From assembly GCA_951406725.2 (NCBI GenBank), contig OX597827.1, forward strand, positions 62,062,001 through 62,126,000: a stretch of 64,000 bases of DNA. Direction: 5' to 3'. Below the pieces are notes generated by a model. The model made no database searches and had not been told where the DNA came from. It saw only the letters and a list, made by a program, of their open reading frames with translations. Position 1 is the stretch's first letter; every line of letters begins with the position of its first letter. A program made the translations under genes and the position numbers. This stretch comes from Octopus vulgaris. Taxonomy: Eukaryota. Shown here in pieces: positions 11,921 through 25,421 of the stretch.

Positions 11921-12294
11921 CACTTGCGTCAGAAATTAATTAGCACTTCTCAAATTTCTACATTAAATAGGTTAAATCAATTAACCTATGAGCTGTTCAA
12001 AACGTCTTACGCGATGAGAAAACTTAGTATGGTGTGATTTCGGTCCTTGCGAGGCGCTACCTATATCTATTAAACAAAGGAAGATTTGTCTGCATCCGCA
12101 CTCCAAGTTGTTGCACTGCTATATCAACATCATAAGGCTGTAGACTCTCAAACTGCTCTGCAAACAAAGTTACGTCATCGTTCTGCGCAACAGTGAACTC
12201 GCAACAAAGCAATAGTTCGAGATATGGCCACTAGGTGACAGCACATACCTTGAGTGAAGAGCAAATCAAGGGTGCTAATTAATTTCTGACGGTA

Positions 12295-12297
<3 letters not shown>
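11921..12297. mobile_element. Tc1/mariner-type MITE
   Basis: 26-bp TIRs CACTTGCGTCAGAAATTAATTAGCAC / GTGCTAATTAATTTCTGACGGTAGTG; TA on both sides. Confidence 0.9.
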
Positions 12298-12338
<41 letters not shown>

Positions 12339-12369
12339 TGATATGCTATGATATGTATGTGTATGTGTA

Positions 12370-12960
12370 TTTGCTTCGCGATCGAAGATTCATGGAAAGG
12401 GGAATGCCTACGTCTGTTTCAAGCTTGTTGATGCTCGACGAATCCGATTCAGGAAAAGCAGGTACGACCGTATAGACTTCATGGGGGCATAGATGGTCAG
12501 GGTTAGTGGTAGTGTCGTTGTATTTCCCTCCTCTTTCTATTGTCTGCAAGGTTGGTTTTGCAAGTGGCTTCAAAGGACGTTGTTGCCCGGTGAACAAAAA
12601 TTCCCCAGGCCTCATGGCCAATAGAAAGTACATACTACTGGTGGTGTTCAATGGTAGTAAGAACCGAGGGGTTTCTATAGGGAGCTCTTATACCTCATCT
12701 TTGGTGCTTCTCTATCATGGTGATCATAGAAGAGTTCGCCATAGAATATGATATTGGGAAGTTGATGATCCTCCATCCTGGCAACATGTCTTGACGAGCA
12801 TAGCTGTGTCTTCAGCAAAGTTGATTCAATACTGGTAATCTTCGCCTGCTCTAGGACCGCGACGTTAAAGCCAAAGTCATTTTAGCGTATGCTGAGGATG
12901 ATGTGAAGACAGCTGATAGGATCGCTACAGAATTTGGGAAACCAGCCCTACGAGAGTTCT
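12370..12960. other. Hairpin-rich ~590-bp element between (TA)n tracts
   Basis: Higher GC than the flanks; many local stems (CTTCG/CGAAG, TTTCTATTG/CAATAGAAA, TACTAC/GGTAGTA, TGTCTTCA/TGAAGACA); no ORF of recognisable family. Confidence 0.5.
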
Positions 12961-13111
12961 ATATATATATATAAATTTATATATATATAAATTGTAATTT
13001 GGTGGTATCTCTTAGATACCCTAAATTATAATTTTAAATAATTATTACCTTTGAAGGTTTTATTCCCATGCTGGCCACCTGATAAAATCGGTATTTAAAT
13101 ATCGATCTTAT

Positions 13112-13161
<50 letters not shown>

Positions 13162-13289
13162 CTCGGCTTGAAAAATTGTTAAGATATTAAGGTGTTTTTC
13201 TTAACATGAAACCAACGGTAGCCTTAATGCACAAAAAAAGAAATTCTTTCAAATAATGCGGTGTTGAGCACTCATTGTCGTTGTTCGAT

Positions 13290-13486
13290 ATTTACATACA
13301 CACGTATATATACAGATACACACATTCGTATATATAGATACATATATACACACGCATACGCACATGCGCGTACTCACACCCACACACACAAATCTCTAAC
13401 CACAGACGCACATATCACAGTCTATTTCTCTATCTCTCTCTCTCTCTCTCTACACCTATATATATATATATGTGTGTGTGTATGCA

Positions 13487-13518
<32 letters not shown>

Positions 13519-13643
13519 CACCCACACACACACATAGGTACTAGTATTTCCATGAGACGCAAACACACGCACGTATGCACACACTCGCATACACGTACAC
13601 ATACACACGCACACTCACAAGCAAGACACACACACTGCGCATC

Positions 13644-13677
<34 letters not shown>

Positions 13678-14248
13678 CAGACTGACCACCGAACCGTACA
13701 CTCCTACATACAAGTCTCCTAATATTTTTAATGCCATCACCACACTGTCCATTCTTCTATTTTCAGTTATGTCAAATAACCTGATGCGGCTGCTGCTGTT
13801 GCCGCTGTCGCTGCTGATGCTGCTGATGCTGTTGCTGCTATTACGGTGCTATGGCGGTGGTCGATAATCGACCTACCCAAATCACCAGACCTTTTCCCAT
13901 GATCTTCACTCGTTTCCATCAGAATTTTATTGATTCTCTCTTCCCCCTCTCTCTTTGCTCTCTTCTTCCTCCCTTCCCCTCTCTCGCACTCTCTCTGTTC
14001 TCCCCCCCTCCCTCTCCCCGTTCTCACCCCCATAGTTCTGTATATATTATATTATACTATAGTGTACTAGTTGCCGTGTATTCCTCTGATGTGTAATGAC
14101 CAGGTAGATAAAGCGTCTGTGTGTCTGGTTCGGCGTGTATGTGTTGTGTATGTGCATGTGCGTCGGTGTACGTATGTATGTATGTATGTATGTATGTATG
14201 TATGTATGTATGTATGTATGTATGTATGTATGTATGTATGTATGTATG

Positions 14249-14279
<31 letters not shown>

Positions 14280-14436
14280 GTATGCATCTATACATATATG
14301 TGTATGTGTGTGAGTGTATATGCATATATATGTATACATATATTCTTATATATATATGTACACACTCACACATATATATGCATATATATATATACAAATA
14401 TATACATATATGCATGTATGTAAGTATGTATGTATG

Positions 14437-14518
<82 letters not shown>

Positions 14519-14939
14519 CACATATATGCAAATATTTTGTGCGAATACACGTTTAGATATGTGTGTATATACATATATGTATGCACATAAGCATATATTT
14601 ATATACATTACTTATGTATGTATGTATATGTGTGTGTGTGTGTGGGGGGGGGTTATGTATGCATGCATATATGTATATACGTATACATAGGTCTATTTAT
14701 GTATACATGTGTATATGTGAGTATGTGTTGTATGCAGGTGTGTTAGTCTCTTTAAATGCCGAAGTCGGTGTCTTGTGTGTGTGTATGATGATGTCAGTGT
14801 ATGGTTGTGTTAATGCGTGTGGGTGTCTACTTTTGTGTGTATATGCGTCTGTATCTATTTGCATGTGTTAATGTGCTTGTATGTTAGCGTTTGTGTATGT
14901 ATGTGTGCGTCTCTCTCTCTCTCTCTATTTTTCTGTCTG

Positions 14940-14990
<51 letters not shown>

Positions 14991-15070
14991 GACTGTCTGT
15001 CTGTCGGTCTGTCTATCTGTCTGCCTGTCTCTCTGTCTATCTGCCTGCCTGTTTGTCTGTCTGTCTGTCT
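13290..15070. repeat. Compound microsatellite field (CA, TA, TATG, TATC, TCTG)
   Basis: Direct inspection. Confidence 0.9.
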
Positions 15071-16794
15071 ACACATGTAACTTCATTACTGTTTGTGACC
15101 TAAGAAGCTCGCTTTGCAAACAGGAAGATTCGGTTTCGATCTTACAGCGCAGATCTTAGACTAGGTCATCTTACCTTAACCCTTGGGTCGCTTCAAGCCT
15201 TACCGGTAAAACTGGATAACCAAGATCAAAGGAACCACGTAGGATAGATTATACGTATAGTTCAAATGATCTTTATCCCACAGTGCATCCCACCGAATCT
15301 ACCTGAGTGTTACTTTAAAGGAATAAGTGTGCGTGGAATACTCGACCACTTATATGATAATAGATGAACTGTATCAGTTATTCACACACTATTTCACTTA
15401 TTCAGCCCGTGGATTACATTAAGAGTATACCTGTTTCAGGTATACTCAACTAGTTCATACTATAAATCAGGGAAGAGGTGATTTAGTGGATCGGATAATT
15501 GGAATATACATCGCCGAAACCGCCGGAGATCCATTCATTTACGTATCTGTATTTTAATGTGTACGGAACAGAGGCATGCAAACGCGCAGAATTGTGTATC
15601 TTAGATATCATTGGAAAGTCGATCACCCCAAAAGTTCTGGACTGGCGGCTTACATTCTCATACCATACGAACAGTCACGCCATAAATCGATTTAGCGTCT
15701 ATGATGATCAATTTAAATATCACCATTAGCACTAACCTAACAATGGCAAATTTTATAAAGATAATGCTATGTTTGAAGATAGGCAATATTATTCCCGCAG
15801 ATTGACATACGCAGACATTATATTTATGCGTGAGAATTTCAGCCAGTCTAGTAATAATTAGATATCACATAACCAGCATGAAGAAGAGTTTCTAACCAAT
15901 CCTCAAACGAGTGCTGCGCGCTAGTAAGCAACAATATTCGGAAGAAACTATTGTAAAAAGAACACTACAACAATAAAATCAGAAAGAGGAAAGTAGCTAA
16001 TTAAATTCTTTCTTTTTTTCAATATGACTACAACACACCTAGATAGGCAGCGACAATTTATTCTATCTAAGACACTATTTTGCAACCGTACATAAATGCA
16101 ACAAAGTTTTCAATACTAACACAGTGAAAGTTAGTTACTCTTGTCTGAAATACATTGTTTTCCAGATGTCACATAACACCGAGATTGCTTGTAAAACCTA
16201 ATTGTACTACCCCCACTCCAATTTGCCTTCTTAAAGTATCACATCTCAACTAATTCATGGTATAGAAAACATCTATAACACCTTCTGATGGTAGCGAAAC
16301 GTACTAAATATTAAAATTTTAATACTAAATATTAAAATATTCTCTTTCACGAACATATCGGGTTGACATATTTTCATTAAAATTTAAAATCTTACACACA
16401 CACACGGAATATCCTGGAGGCTTGTATAACGTATAGAAGACTTTACAAAAGATGAGGCATTATACATCATCATGTTAAACCAAAACAATAAATTATAATT
16501 GTAAATATTCTTGGAAAAGGACATTTCGAAATATCTTAGAATCGCAATTTGATAATTGTATGAAACTGTATATGTGATGTATGCGTGTTAATTTGTGTGT
16601 ATATATTTTTGTGTGTCTCGGATTAGGTGAGGGTTGTTTGTTGTTATTGTTGTGTCATCTACAAGTTAGTTCTGATCGAGCAAACCTATGATGAAGTGGT
16701 ACTGGATTCGAACTCAGGTGTTTGTAGCTGTGAAGCAAACTCCTAGCCCCTTTATCCATGCTGTCACCCATGTATTTAGATATACAGCTGAATA

Positions 16795-17000
16795 GGAGTG
16801 TCTGTGTGACTTACCAACCACATGGTTCCGGGTTCAGTCCCACTGCCTGGCACCTTAGGCAAGTGTCTTCTACTATTGCCTCGGGCCGACCAAAGCCTTG
16901 TGAGTGGATTTGGTAGACGGAAACTGAAAGAAGCCCGTCGTATATATGTATATACACGTATATATGTATCGGTTGTCAAGCGATGTTGGGGGACTGAGTA
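16795..17000 (+). mobile_element. SINE family S3, partial
   Basis: CCACATGGTTCCGGGTTCAGTCCCACTGC...GCAAGTGTCTTCTAC...GGAAACTGAAAGAAGCCCG. Confidence 0.8.
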
Positions 17001-17509
17001 AAAGAGTAGAAGAAATACTTGCGCATAACACAAGCCATGCCAACATGATATAGAAATAGATATCTTAATAAAACTGCCTCGGTTATTCTCTATAGTTTCG
17101 TACATCTCGTCTACATATAAGCGAAGAAGAGAGGAGAACTATAAAACGCACTCATCATTTATAGCGTTTTTGTCCATTGTGGATTTCATAGAAGAAACAA
17201 GAACATTTACTTATATCCGTCATAGGAAATGACTGTAAATAATTAACATTTGAAATCGCACGACTTCTTGTAAAAAAAACGAATGTTAAATATTTATCAG
17301 TTTTAATTAAATATTTATTGTAACATCTACTTGCATAAATAGTTTTGTTCCACAATAGATTTAGATGTATAATAGTACACATTTACATAGCTCTGTTGTA
17401 ATTATTCTGTTACCATACGGAGATCTCGCGTGTGAAAATTTATTTTTTAGGTCGAGAAGTTACAACGTTGGATCTATTACATGATATGACTACAATATAT
17501 TTTCTCGTT

Positions 17510-17865
17510 TAAGGCGGCGAGCTGGCAGAAACGTTAGCACGCCGGGCGAAATGCTTAGCAGTATTTCGTCTGTCTTTACGTTCTAAGTTCAAATTCCGCC
17601 GAGGTCAGCTTTACCTTTCATCCTTTCGAGGTCGATAAATTAAGTACCAGTTACGCACTGGGGTCAATATAATCGATTTAATCCATTTGTCTGTCCTTGT
17701 TTGTCCTCTCTGTGTTTAGCCCCTTGTGGGTAGTAAAGAAATAAGTATTTCGTCTGTCTTTACGTTCTGAGTTCAAATTCCGCCGAGGTCAGCTTTACCT
17801 TTCATCCTTTCGAGGTCGATAAATTAAGTACCAGTTGCGTACAGGGGTCGTTCTAATCGACTGGC
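17510..17865 (+). mobile_element. SINE family S2 with internal duplication of the B-box/core segment
   Basis: AAGGCGGCGAGCTGGCAGAAACGTTAGCACGCCGGGCG head; core repeated at 17745. Confidence 0.9.
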
Positions 17866-18042
17866 AATGAATGTGACAATTTCTTGTCACACAACCACCT
17901 TCTGTACTTTTGACTTCCTCTACAAAAAGAAGCTGAGCGCTTAGAAATCCTATCCACGATAGGATTTCCTATCTTTTTCAATCATTTCATTCTGTTTATC
18001 TATTGCAGGACGACACCTTCACCAGTGCTTATCAAATTTATG

Positions 18043-18422
18043 TGGAGGCGCAATGGCCCAGTGGTTAGGGCAGCGGACTCGCGGTCGTAGGATCGCGGTT
18101 TCGATTCCCAGACCGGGCGTTGTGAGTGTTTATTGAGCGAAAACACCTAAAGCTCCACGAGGCTCCGGTAGGGATGGTGGTGATCCCTGCTGTACTCTTT
18201 CACCACAACTTTCTCTCACTCTTACTTCCTGTTTTTGTTGTACCTGTATTTCAAAGGGCCGGCCTTGTCACTCTCTGTGTCACGCTGAATATCCCCGAGA
18301 ACTACGTTAAGGGTACACGTGTCTGTGGAGTGCTCAGCCACTTACACGTTAATTTCACAAGCAGGCTGTTCCGTTGATTCGGATCAACCGGAATCCTCGT
18401 CGTCGTAACCGACGGAGTGCTT
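18043..18422 (+). mobile_element. SINE family S1, near full length
   Basis: Intact tRNA-like head with A and B boxes; TATCAAATTTA on both flanks is a probable target-site duplication. Confidence 0.9.
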
Positions 18423-18764
18423 CGATATATCAAATTTACGCTGGACAAAACTACTATATATAGCGGATACGTTTCTTTTCACTTCTTCTCCACTGGGACG
18501 TAAATATATAACTCTTTAATTACTGTCTGGAGTAATTTTTAATTAGATATTAATTTAATATCAGCTGGTATAGATTTTGTTGTTCCCTAGTACAGATAAA
18601 TGTATAGCACCAAACATGCATACACAAATATACACACACATATATATACACTGAGGTACGCAGACACGCACGTACATACGCATATGTTATTTTATAACAT
18701 TGTTATTGGTCAAGAAAATCTCTCTTAAACTCTCGTTGTGTATCTATACAGATATACATGTCTA

Positions 18765-18804
<40 letters not shown>

Positions 18805-18946
18805 CACATATATGTATGTGTGTGTGTATATATATATATGTATATACAGATATATGTATGTGTGTGTATATATACATTTATATGTATGTATATGTATGTA
18901 TATACATATGTAAATAAATATATATGTACGTGTATATGTGTGAATG

Positions 18947-19011
<65 letters not shown>

Positions 19012-19416
19012 GTATGTGTGTGTATATATATCATATACACTTATATATATAAGAAAATCTCTCTTAAACTCTGTGTGTATCCATACGGTTATACGTGTGT
19101 ATGCATATATATACATATATTCATACATATGTGTGTGTGTATATATGTATATATATATGTGTATATAGATATATGCATGTGTGTATATATATACGTATGT
19201 GTATATATATGTATATACATACATATACATACATACATATATATCCATAGTGGATAGTACTATGAAACTAACGTGAAATACAATTAAGCGAAATAAAGTG
19301 CTCTCTTAAACAAACACAAGAAAAGGAAAATTATATAAAAAAGAAATTTTTTTGTGTAAGATAGAAGTCGGCGTAAATTGAGGTGAGATCTGTAATGTCC
19401 AATTAAAGTGATAAGG

Positions 19417-19512
<96 letters not shown>

Positions 19513-19513
19513 G

Positions 19514-20207
19514 AGATGCGGTCAGAGCGACGAAACCGTTCTGCACGCACTCGTTCAGTGTCCAACAATTTCCGACCTGTGGGCTTATGTCGAACAACTG
19601 CTGTCACGTGTGGGACGAGTCGGTTTATCAGCTGAGTCTATCGTCAATATTGTCACGCCTCCTTCCTTCAAACGGGAAGGAAGAGCTATTTTCATCATCC
19701 TTGTGGCTATGGCGAAAGAATGTATCTGGTGGACGCGTCTGAAAGGATTGGAGACAAACACTTTCCTCTCTGGTCAATCTCTCATCAACTTCTTCAAGTA
19801 CCACTTGAAAAGGAAAGTGAGAGTAGAGAGGCAAGTTTTGTCTAGCGAATGTTTTAAAAAAAGATGGGTGAATGTAGCAAGAATGGCACGTATGAATGAC
19901 GAAGCCACCTTGAGCATAGTCCTATGAACCCAGAAATCGAAAACAGAGAGTTGCTTATTTGCAAAAAAAAAAAAAAAAGAAATATAAAATGTGACATCAT
20001 TGACCGAGGTTACCGTGGTCTTTTCCGTAGGCTTTTCTTTGCACGGGTAAACCTCACCTGTCCTCCCCTTTACACTTCATATTGACATTTCTGTGATAAC
20101 GATCCCTATTGATCAATTTCCCCCCCCCTTTTTTTTTAAACCCCCCTTTTTTTGTCCTCTTTCTCTCCTTTTACGATCCCTTTTGATCGAAACTCCCCCT
20201 TCCTTTT

Positions 20208-20238
<31 letters not shown>

Positions 20239-20320
20239 CTTTCTTAAACCTTCAAAAGAAAAGCTCTACCTTGTAATTTGTTCTATCTGTGTGCAGCCCT
20301 GTGTGGCTAATAAAGAAACA
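19514..20320 (+). mobile_element. 5'-truncated L1/Tx1-like LINE: ORF2 C-terminus (19514-19927) plus 3' UTR
   Basis: Open frame RCGQSDETVLHALVQCPTISDLWAYVEQLL...MAKECIWWTR...FKKRW is the CCHC zinc-knuckle region of L1/Tx1 ORF2; pyrimidine-rich UTR and AATAAA. Confidence 0.88.
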
Positions 20321-20329
20321 TATCTATGT

Positions 20330-20868
20330 CACTATTCAGTTTTTATTTCAAGATTTCTTGCCAATAGAGAAAGAGCTGGTTTCTAACCTAGATCCAAGGA
20401 TCTTTTATTGAAATTTCAACATCAGCAGGGTATTTTTGCGCGTATATGTGCAGTATTTCGTGTCACTGCTTGTAAAAATTCGCATGTTTTGCTTTAAGTA
20501 TGTATTCTCATACATATAGTAGCATGTTCAGACATGCGTATATATATACTTAAATAATAAACTTCTGGAAAGTTTTACAGACTTTTAGTTTCAGTGATAA
20601 CTTGGATCTGTAGTCTTCGAATCAGCTTTATCCTTTCTAGTTTTGAGAAACCTAATTTCTCCAGATTGGTACTTAGACAGTGTGTTTCATATCCCAGTGT
20701 ACCAATAATTACAGGTGTAAACCTGAACTTGTAATCTGGGTAGAGTAACTGTAGATTTCTCAATAGTTCAGCGTCAGTAGTTTATTTTTCGTTGATCTTC
20801 AGCTTCATGTTATCATCCGCTGGGCAGTTGATTTCCACTACTCTACACAGTTTTTCTTCTTTATCCCT
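20330..20868 (-). mobile_element. RLE-bearing (R4/Dong/NeSL-like) non-LTR retrotransposon 3' fragment
   Basis: Minus strand DKEEKLCRVVEINCPADDNMKLKINEK...RNLQLLYPDYKFRFTPVIIGTLG is an RLE domain; 3' UTR pieces recur at 45375-45480 and 46250-46310. Confidence 0.8.
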
Positions 20869-20995
20869 ATTATGTCTATTATGTCTATATATGTATGTTT
20901 GTCTCTTCTGTATTTAATCATTTAAATTGTTCCTCTGAATATATATATATATATACACACATGGCTACCGAATAATTGTCACATATTACTTTTAC

Positions 20996-21042
<47 letters not shown>

Positions 21043-21305
21043 AATTAAATTAGAAATAAAACCACTATTAGGCAAATCAAACAATGAAAAACATAAACCA
21101 AAACATAAAAATAATTAATATAATATACAAATTCTATAAAATATAAAATTTTAAAATTTAAATTATTTAAATTTAAAATTAAAATTATTAATTTATATTT
21201 ATACATTTCTATTCTTTTATTTTATTTATTTATTTATTTTTTTAAATATTAAATATATATAACTATCAAAAAGTATTAAAAAGTTTAATATAAGGTAAAA
21301 AGTAA

Positions 21306-21403
21306 AACCGCTACTTGCGTTTCATGCCCATAACCTAATTCGAATTACAATAATTTGAATTCAATTAATAATTCGAATTATGGTTATAGTCAATCTTCAG
21401 GTC
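21306..21403 (-). ncRNA. Hammerhead ribozyme with long AU-rich helix II; helix I disrupted
   Basis: Minus strand C-CUGAAGA-U-[UGACUAUAACC-A-UAAUUCGAAUUA...UAAUUCGAAUUA-GGUUAUGGGCA]-U-GAAAC-GCAA-GUA-G. Confidence 0.7.
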
Positions 21404-21738
21404 ATATATGTTCTATCAGTCTTTCATGTGAATGGACGTGATGTATCTGTTACTGTCTTTCTAAATATTTAGATCATATGACCAAATCTGCACCAATCGC
21501 AATGTCTGCACCAATCGCATTTGTCCTACTTTTTAAAAATTTGCAGGAAACATACATATATTATTGATTTATCCAGAAGATGAGACTAGGAAGAACTAAA
21601 AATGTTGTTGTTGGCTTAAGGAACGTTTCCTGTTAGAAACAAACAGCTCGGAGCTCGGGTGATAATATGATAATACGGAAAAACTTGATCGAGAAAAGAT
21701 AATACTAAAATTCATTTCAGCAATATTTTCTAGACAAT

Positions 21739-21955
21739 AAGGCGGTGAGCTGGCAGAAACGTTAGAACGCCGAACGAAATGCTTAGCAGTATTTCGTCTG
21801 CCGTTACGTTCCGAGTTCAAATTCCGCCGAGGTCGACTTAGCCTTTCATCCTTTCGGGGTCGATAAATTAAGTACCAGTTGCGTATTAGGGTCGATCTAA
21901 TCGACTGGACCCCACCCCCAAAATTTCGAGCCTTGTGCCTAGAGTAAAAAAGAAT
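21739..21955 (+). mobile_element. SINE family S2
   Basis: Head, B box, core and tail all present. Confidence 0.88.
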
Positions 21956-22287
21956 ATTTTCAAGGCAATTTTATACATACATACATACATACATACATAC
22001 ATACATACATACATACATACATACATACATACATGCATGCATACATGCATACATGCATACATAATACATACATACATACATACATACATACATACATACA
22101 TAATACATACATGCATGCATGCATAAATACATACATACATACATATATACATACATGCATACATGCATACATACATACATACATACATACATACATACAT
22201 ACATACATACATACATACATACATACATACATACATAGGTTGGTTGAGTTATACATACATGTATATAAATGTAAATATATATAATCG

Positions 22288-22542
22288 CAGCGTGGAAGGT
22301 ATTTATAAGCCATTTAAGAAACACGCAAAAACCGTTTGATTCACTTCAACATATAATTCTAATTTGCCAAAATATTTTGTCGCTTTGAGACCGCGACTTG
22401 TTCACTAACAAAATTCCGTGCTGTCAGGGGACAGGTTGCGGTCTCAAAACGACGAAAATATTTGGCAAATTAAATTTAAATGTTGAAGTGAATCTAACGG
22501 TTTTTGTGTTTCTTAAATGGCTTATAAACACCTTCCACGCTG
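22288..22542. repeat. Foldback element with ~115-bp imperfect inverted arms
   Basis: 22288-22403 is the approximate reverse complement of 22429-22542; a single arm recurs at 49612-49732. Confidence 0.85.
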
Positions 22543-22603
22543 GAATTGATTTCGTTCCAGCACACGATCTCAGATCAGGTCACTCAGATCAAATACATTC
22601 CCG

Positions 22604-22664
<61 letters not shown>

Positions 22665-22708
22665 TCATATAGGCACGTATATTCCTTCTTTCGTCTTTCA
22701 TTTGCCAT

Positions 22709-22739
<31 letters not shown>

Positions 22740-22762
22740 CACACATATGCACATATACATAC

Positions 22763-22827
<65 letters not shown>

Positions 22828-22829
<2 letters not shown>

Positions 22830-23058
22830 TTCTTTACTACCCACAAGGGGCTAAACACAGAGGGGACAAACAAGGACAGACAAAGGGATTAAGTCGACTA
22901 CATCGACCCCAGTGCGTAACTGGTACTTAATTTATCGACCCCGAAAGGATGAAAGGCAAAGTCGACCTCGGCGGAATTTGAACTCGGAACGTAACGACAG
23001 ACGAAATACGGCTACGAATTTCGCCCGGCGTGCTAACGTTTCTACCAGCTCGCCGCCT
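22828..23058 (-). mobile_element. SINE family S2, inverted
   Basis: Reverse complement of the S2 consensus. Confidence 0.88.
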
Positions 23059-23119
23059 TCTCTCATGTATATATATATGTATATACAGCCTTCCTGATCT
23101 TCGTTCGCGAAGCCGAGCC

Positions 23120-23240
<121 letters not shown>

Positions 23241-23244
23241 ATAA

Positions 23245-23627
23245 ATGGGTACACGACGTCACAAAACGTAAACAACATGAATTACGAAAACAACATGAAA
23301 TGGCCTAACGGGCCTTCCTATTCGTTTTCGTTTAGTTTGTTGTATGTCTCCACTATCCTGCTTCTGTTACCGACTTTGACCCTCCGCGAAATCCCAAATA
23401 TTATTTTGGTTCGCGGGAGCAACTGTTTTTCAAAGCCTCATATTGTCGTTAATTGCACGAAATGTGGAGTAGATGAACAGCCGACAACTGATGAAGGGTC
23501 GATCTTTATGTCACTTGTCTTGTTTTCCATTTGTTTCTCTCGTTGTTCGCATACCCAAGTTTGCCTTCGTAATCCATGTTGTTTTCGTATTTCATGTTGT
23601 TTACGTTTCGTGAGGTCCTGTACCCAT
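23245..23627. mobile_element. Element with 53-bp terminal inverted repeats, structured interior and a CUGAUGA core
   Basis: 23245-23297 vs 23575-23627 inverted; inserted between (TA)n and (TATC)n. Confidence 0.75.
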
Positions 23628-23634
23628 ATACGCA

Positions 23635-23790
<156 letters not shown>

Positions 23791-23878
23791 CATCTGTCTC
23801 TCTATCTGTCTGTCTGTCTGTCTGTCTATCTATTTCTCTCTGTGTATATATATATGTGTATGTATATATATGTGTGTG

Positions 23879-23951
<73 letters not shown>

Positions 23952-24501
23952 ACACTCACACACACAAACACACACACAAATATGCATGCATGATGCATAC
24001 GCACGCGCATGCTTGTGTATATGTTTGTAAGAATGTGCAAATGCAAGCGCTCCCGCACATGTATGTGGGCGTGTGGGCGTGCGCGTGTGTAAGACTGCTG
24101 TGTCTTTGTATGTGTTAAGATTCCAGCATCTAACCTGATTACAGAACCGTCAACGTAGCGCTATTATCATTCTGTGGCGAGTCCAAAGTATTCTGTACGT
24201 GACTTCACTGTTAATGATATCAGGCAATTTTCAAAGTCACCTGGTGATTCGATTGATTCGTCTATCGACGATACATGGGCGTCTTTGTATGCATGCATGT
24301 ATGTATGTATGTATGTATGTATGTATGTATGTATGTATGTATGTATGTATGTATGTATGTATGTATGTATGTATGTATGTATGTATGCATTTACGTAATT
24401 ATCTATGTATATATGCATATATGTGTATATGTATGTATGCATGCATGCATGTATGTATGTACGTATATATGTATGTTCATGTACATATATATACATATAT
24501 A

Positions 24502-24537
<36 letters not shown>

Positions 24538-24655
24538 TCTATCTATCTATCGATCTATCTATATATATATATATTGTTTTTTTCATACGTTACTGTCCAA
24601 CCTGAACACTGCTTGATGGTATGTGCATGTGTATATATATGTATATATATGTATA

Positions 24656-24709
<54 letters not shown>

Positions 24710-24727
24710 AAAATAAAAATAAATAAA

Positions 24728-24764
<37 letters not shown>

Positions 24765-24899
24765 GTATATATATATATGTATACATACACACATTTATAT
24801 ATATATATATATCTTTTACTCTTTTACTCATTTCAGCCATCCGGCCGTGGTCATGGTAGAGCACCAACATGGTCTTTCTAATTTCCTCAGTTTGGGTAT

Positions 24900-25313
24900 T
24901 TCATATTACCACACCTGTATGGGTTTTTGTCCCAGCTGTTGGTACTTTGGTGTATAAGGAAGTTTGATTCCGCTGCCCTCGTCAATGAGTCATTCCCTTA
25001 AAACAATGGTCCTATTATATATTGTATTGTGGCTGTTTCCTTTGCGAATTTATAGAAAGCTTTGGGATTTATTTTTATGCTTTCCACAGCCATTTTCTCT
25101 CTCTCTCTGCTTTTTTCTTTCATGGGAGAGTTTCATCTTGCTTTCAATTTCTAGAAGCGTCCATGTTAAGACAGACTTCTCTCTATCCTTCTGTTGCCTA
25201 TTCATCCACTTTGAGATCTTTGATCTGCGTCTCATGAGGATTTTTCTGTCCTTGGGAATCTTGTTTGACAGTGTGCTGGCCTTTCTTTCTGGGATATATT
25301 TAGTGCATATAGC
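24900..25313 (-). mobile_element. CR1/L2-type LINE ORF2 fragment (EN-RT linker), frameshifted
   Basis: Minus strand ICTKYIPERK...IPKDRKILMRRRSK...EIESKMKLS.../AVESIKINPKAFYKFAK...IGPL matches the IKxNPKxF...IGPL motif. Confidence 0.75.
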
Positions 25314-25318
25314 TTGAA

Positions 25319-25421
<103 letters not shown>

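Noticed and set aside
13769-13867. 32-aa signal-peptide-like ORF MSNNLMRLLLLPLSLL...GGGR after a good splice acceptor
   Set aside because: The hydrophobic run comes from a degenerate (GCT)n repeat, and the ORF stops with no mature peptide.
16281-16305. CUGAUGG-UAGC-GAAAC-GUA hammerhead-like string
   Set aside because: No A9, no helix II and no helix I pairing.
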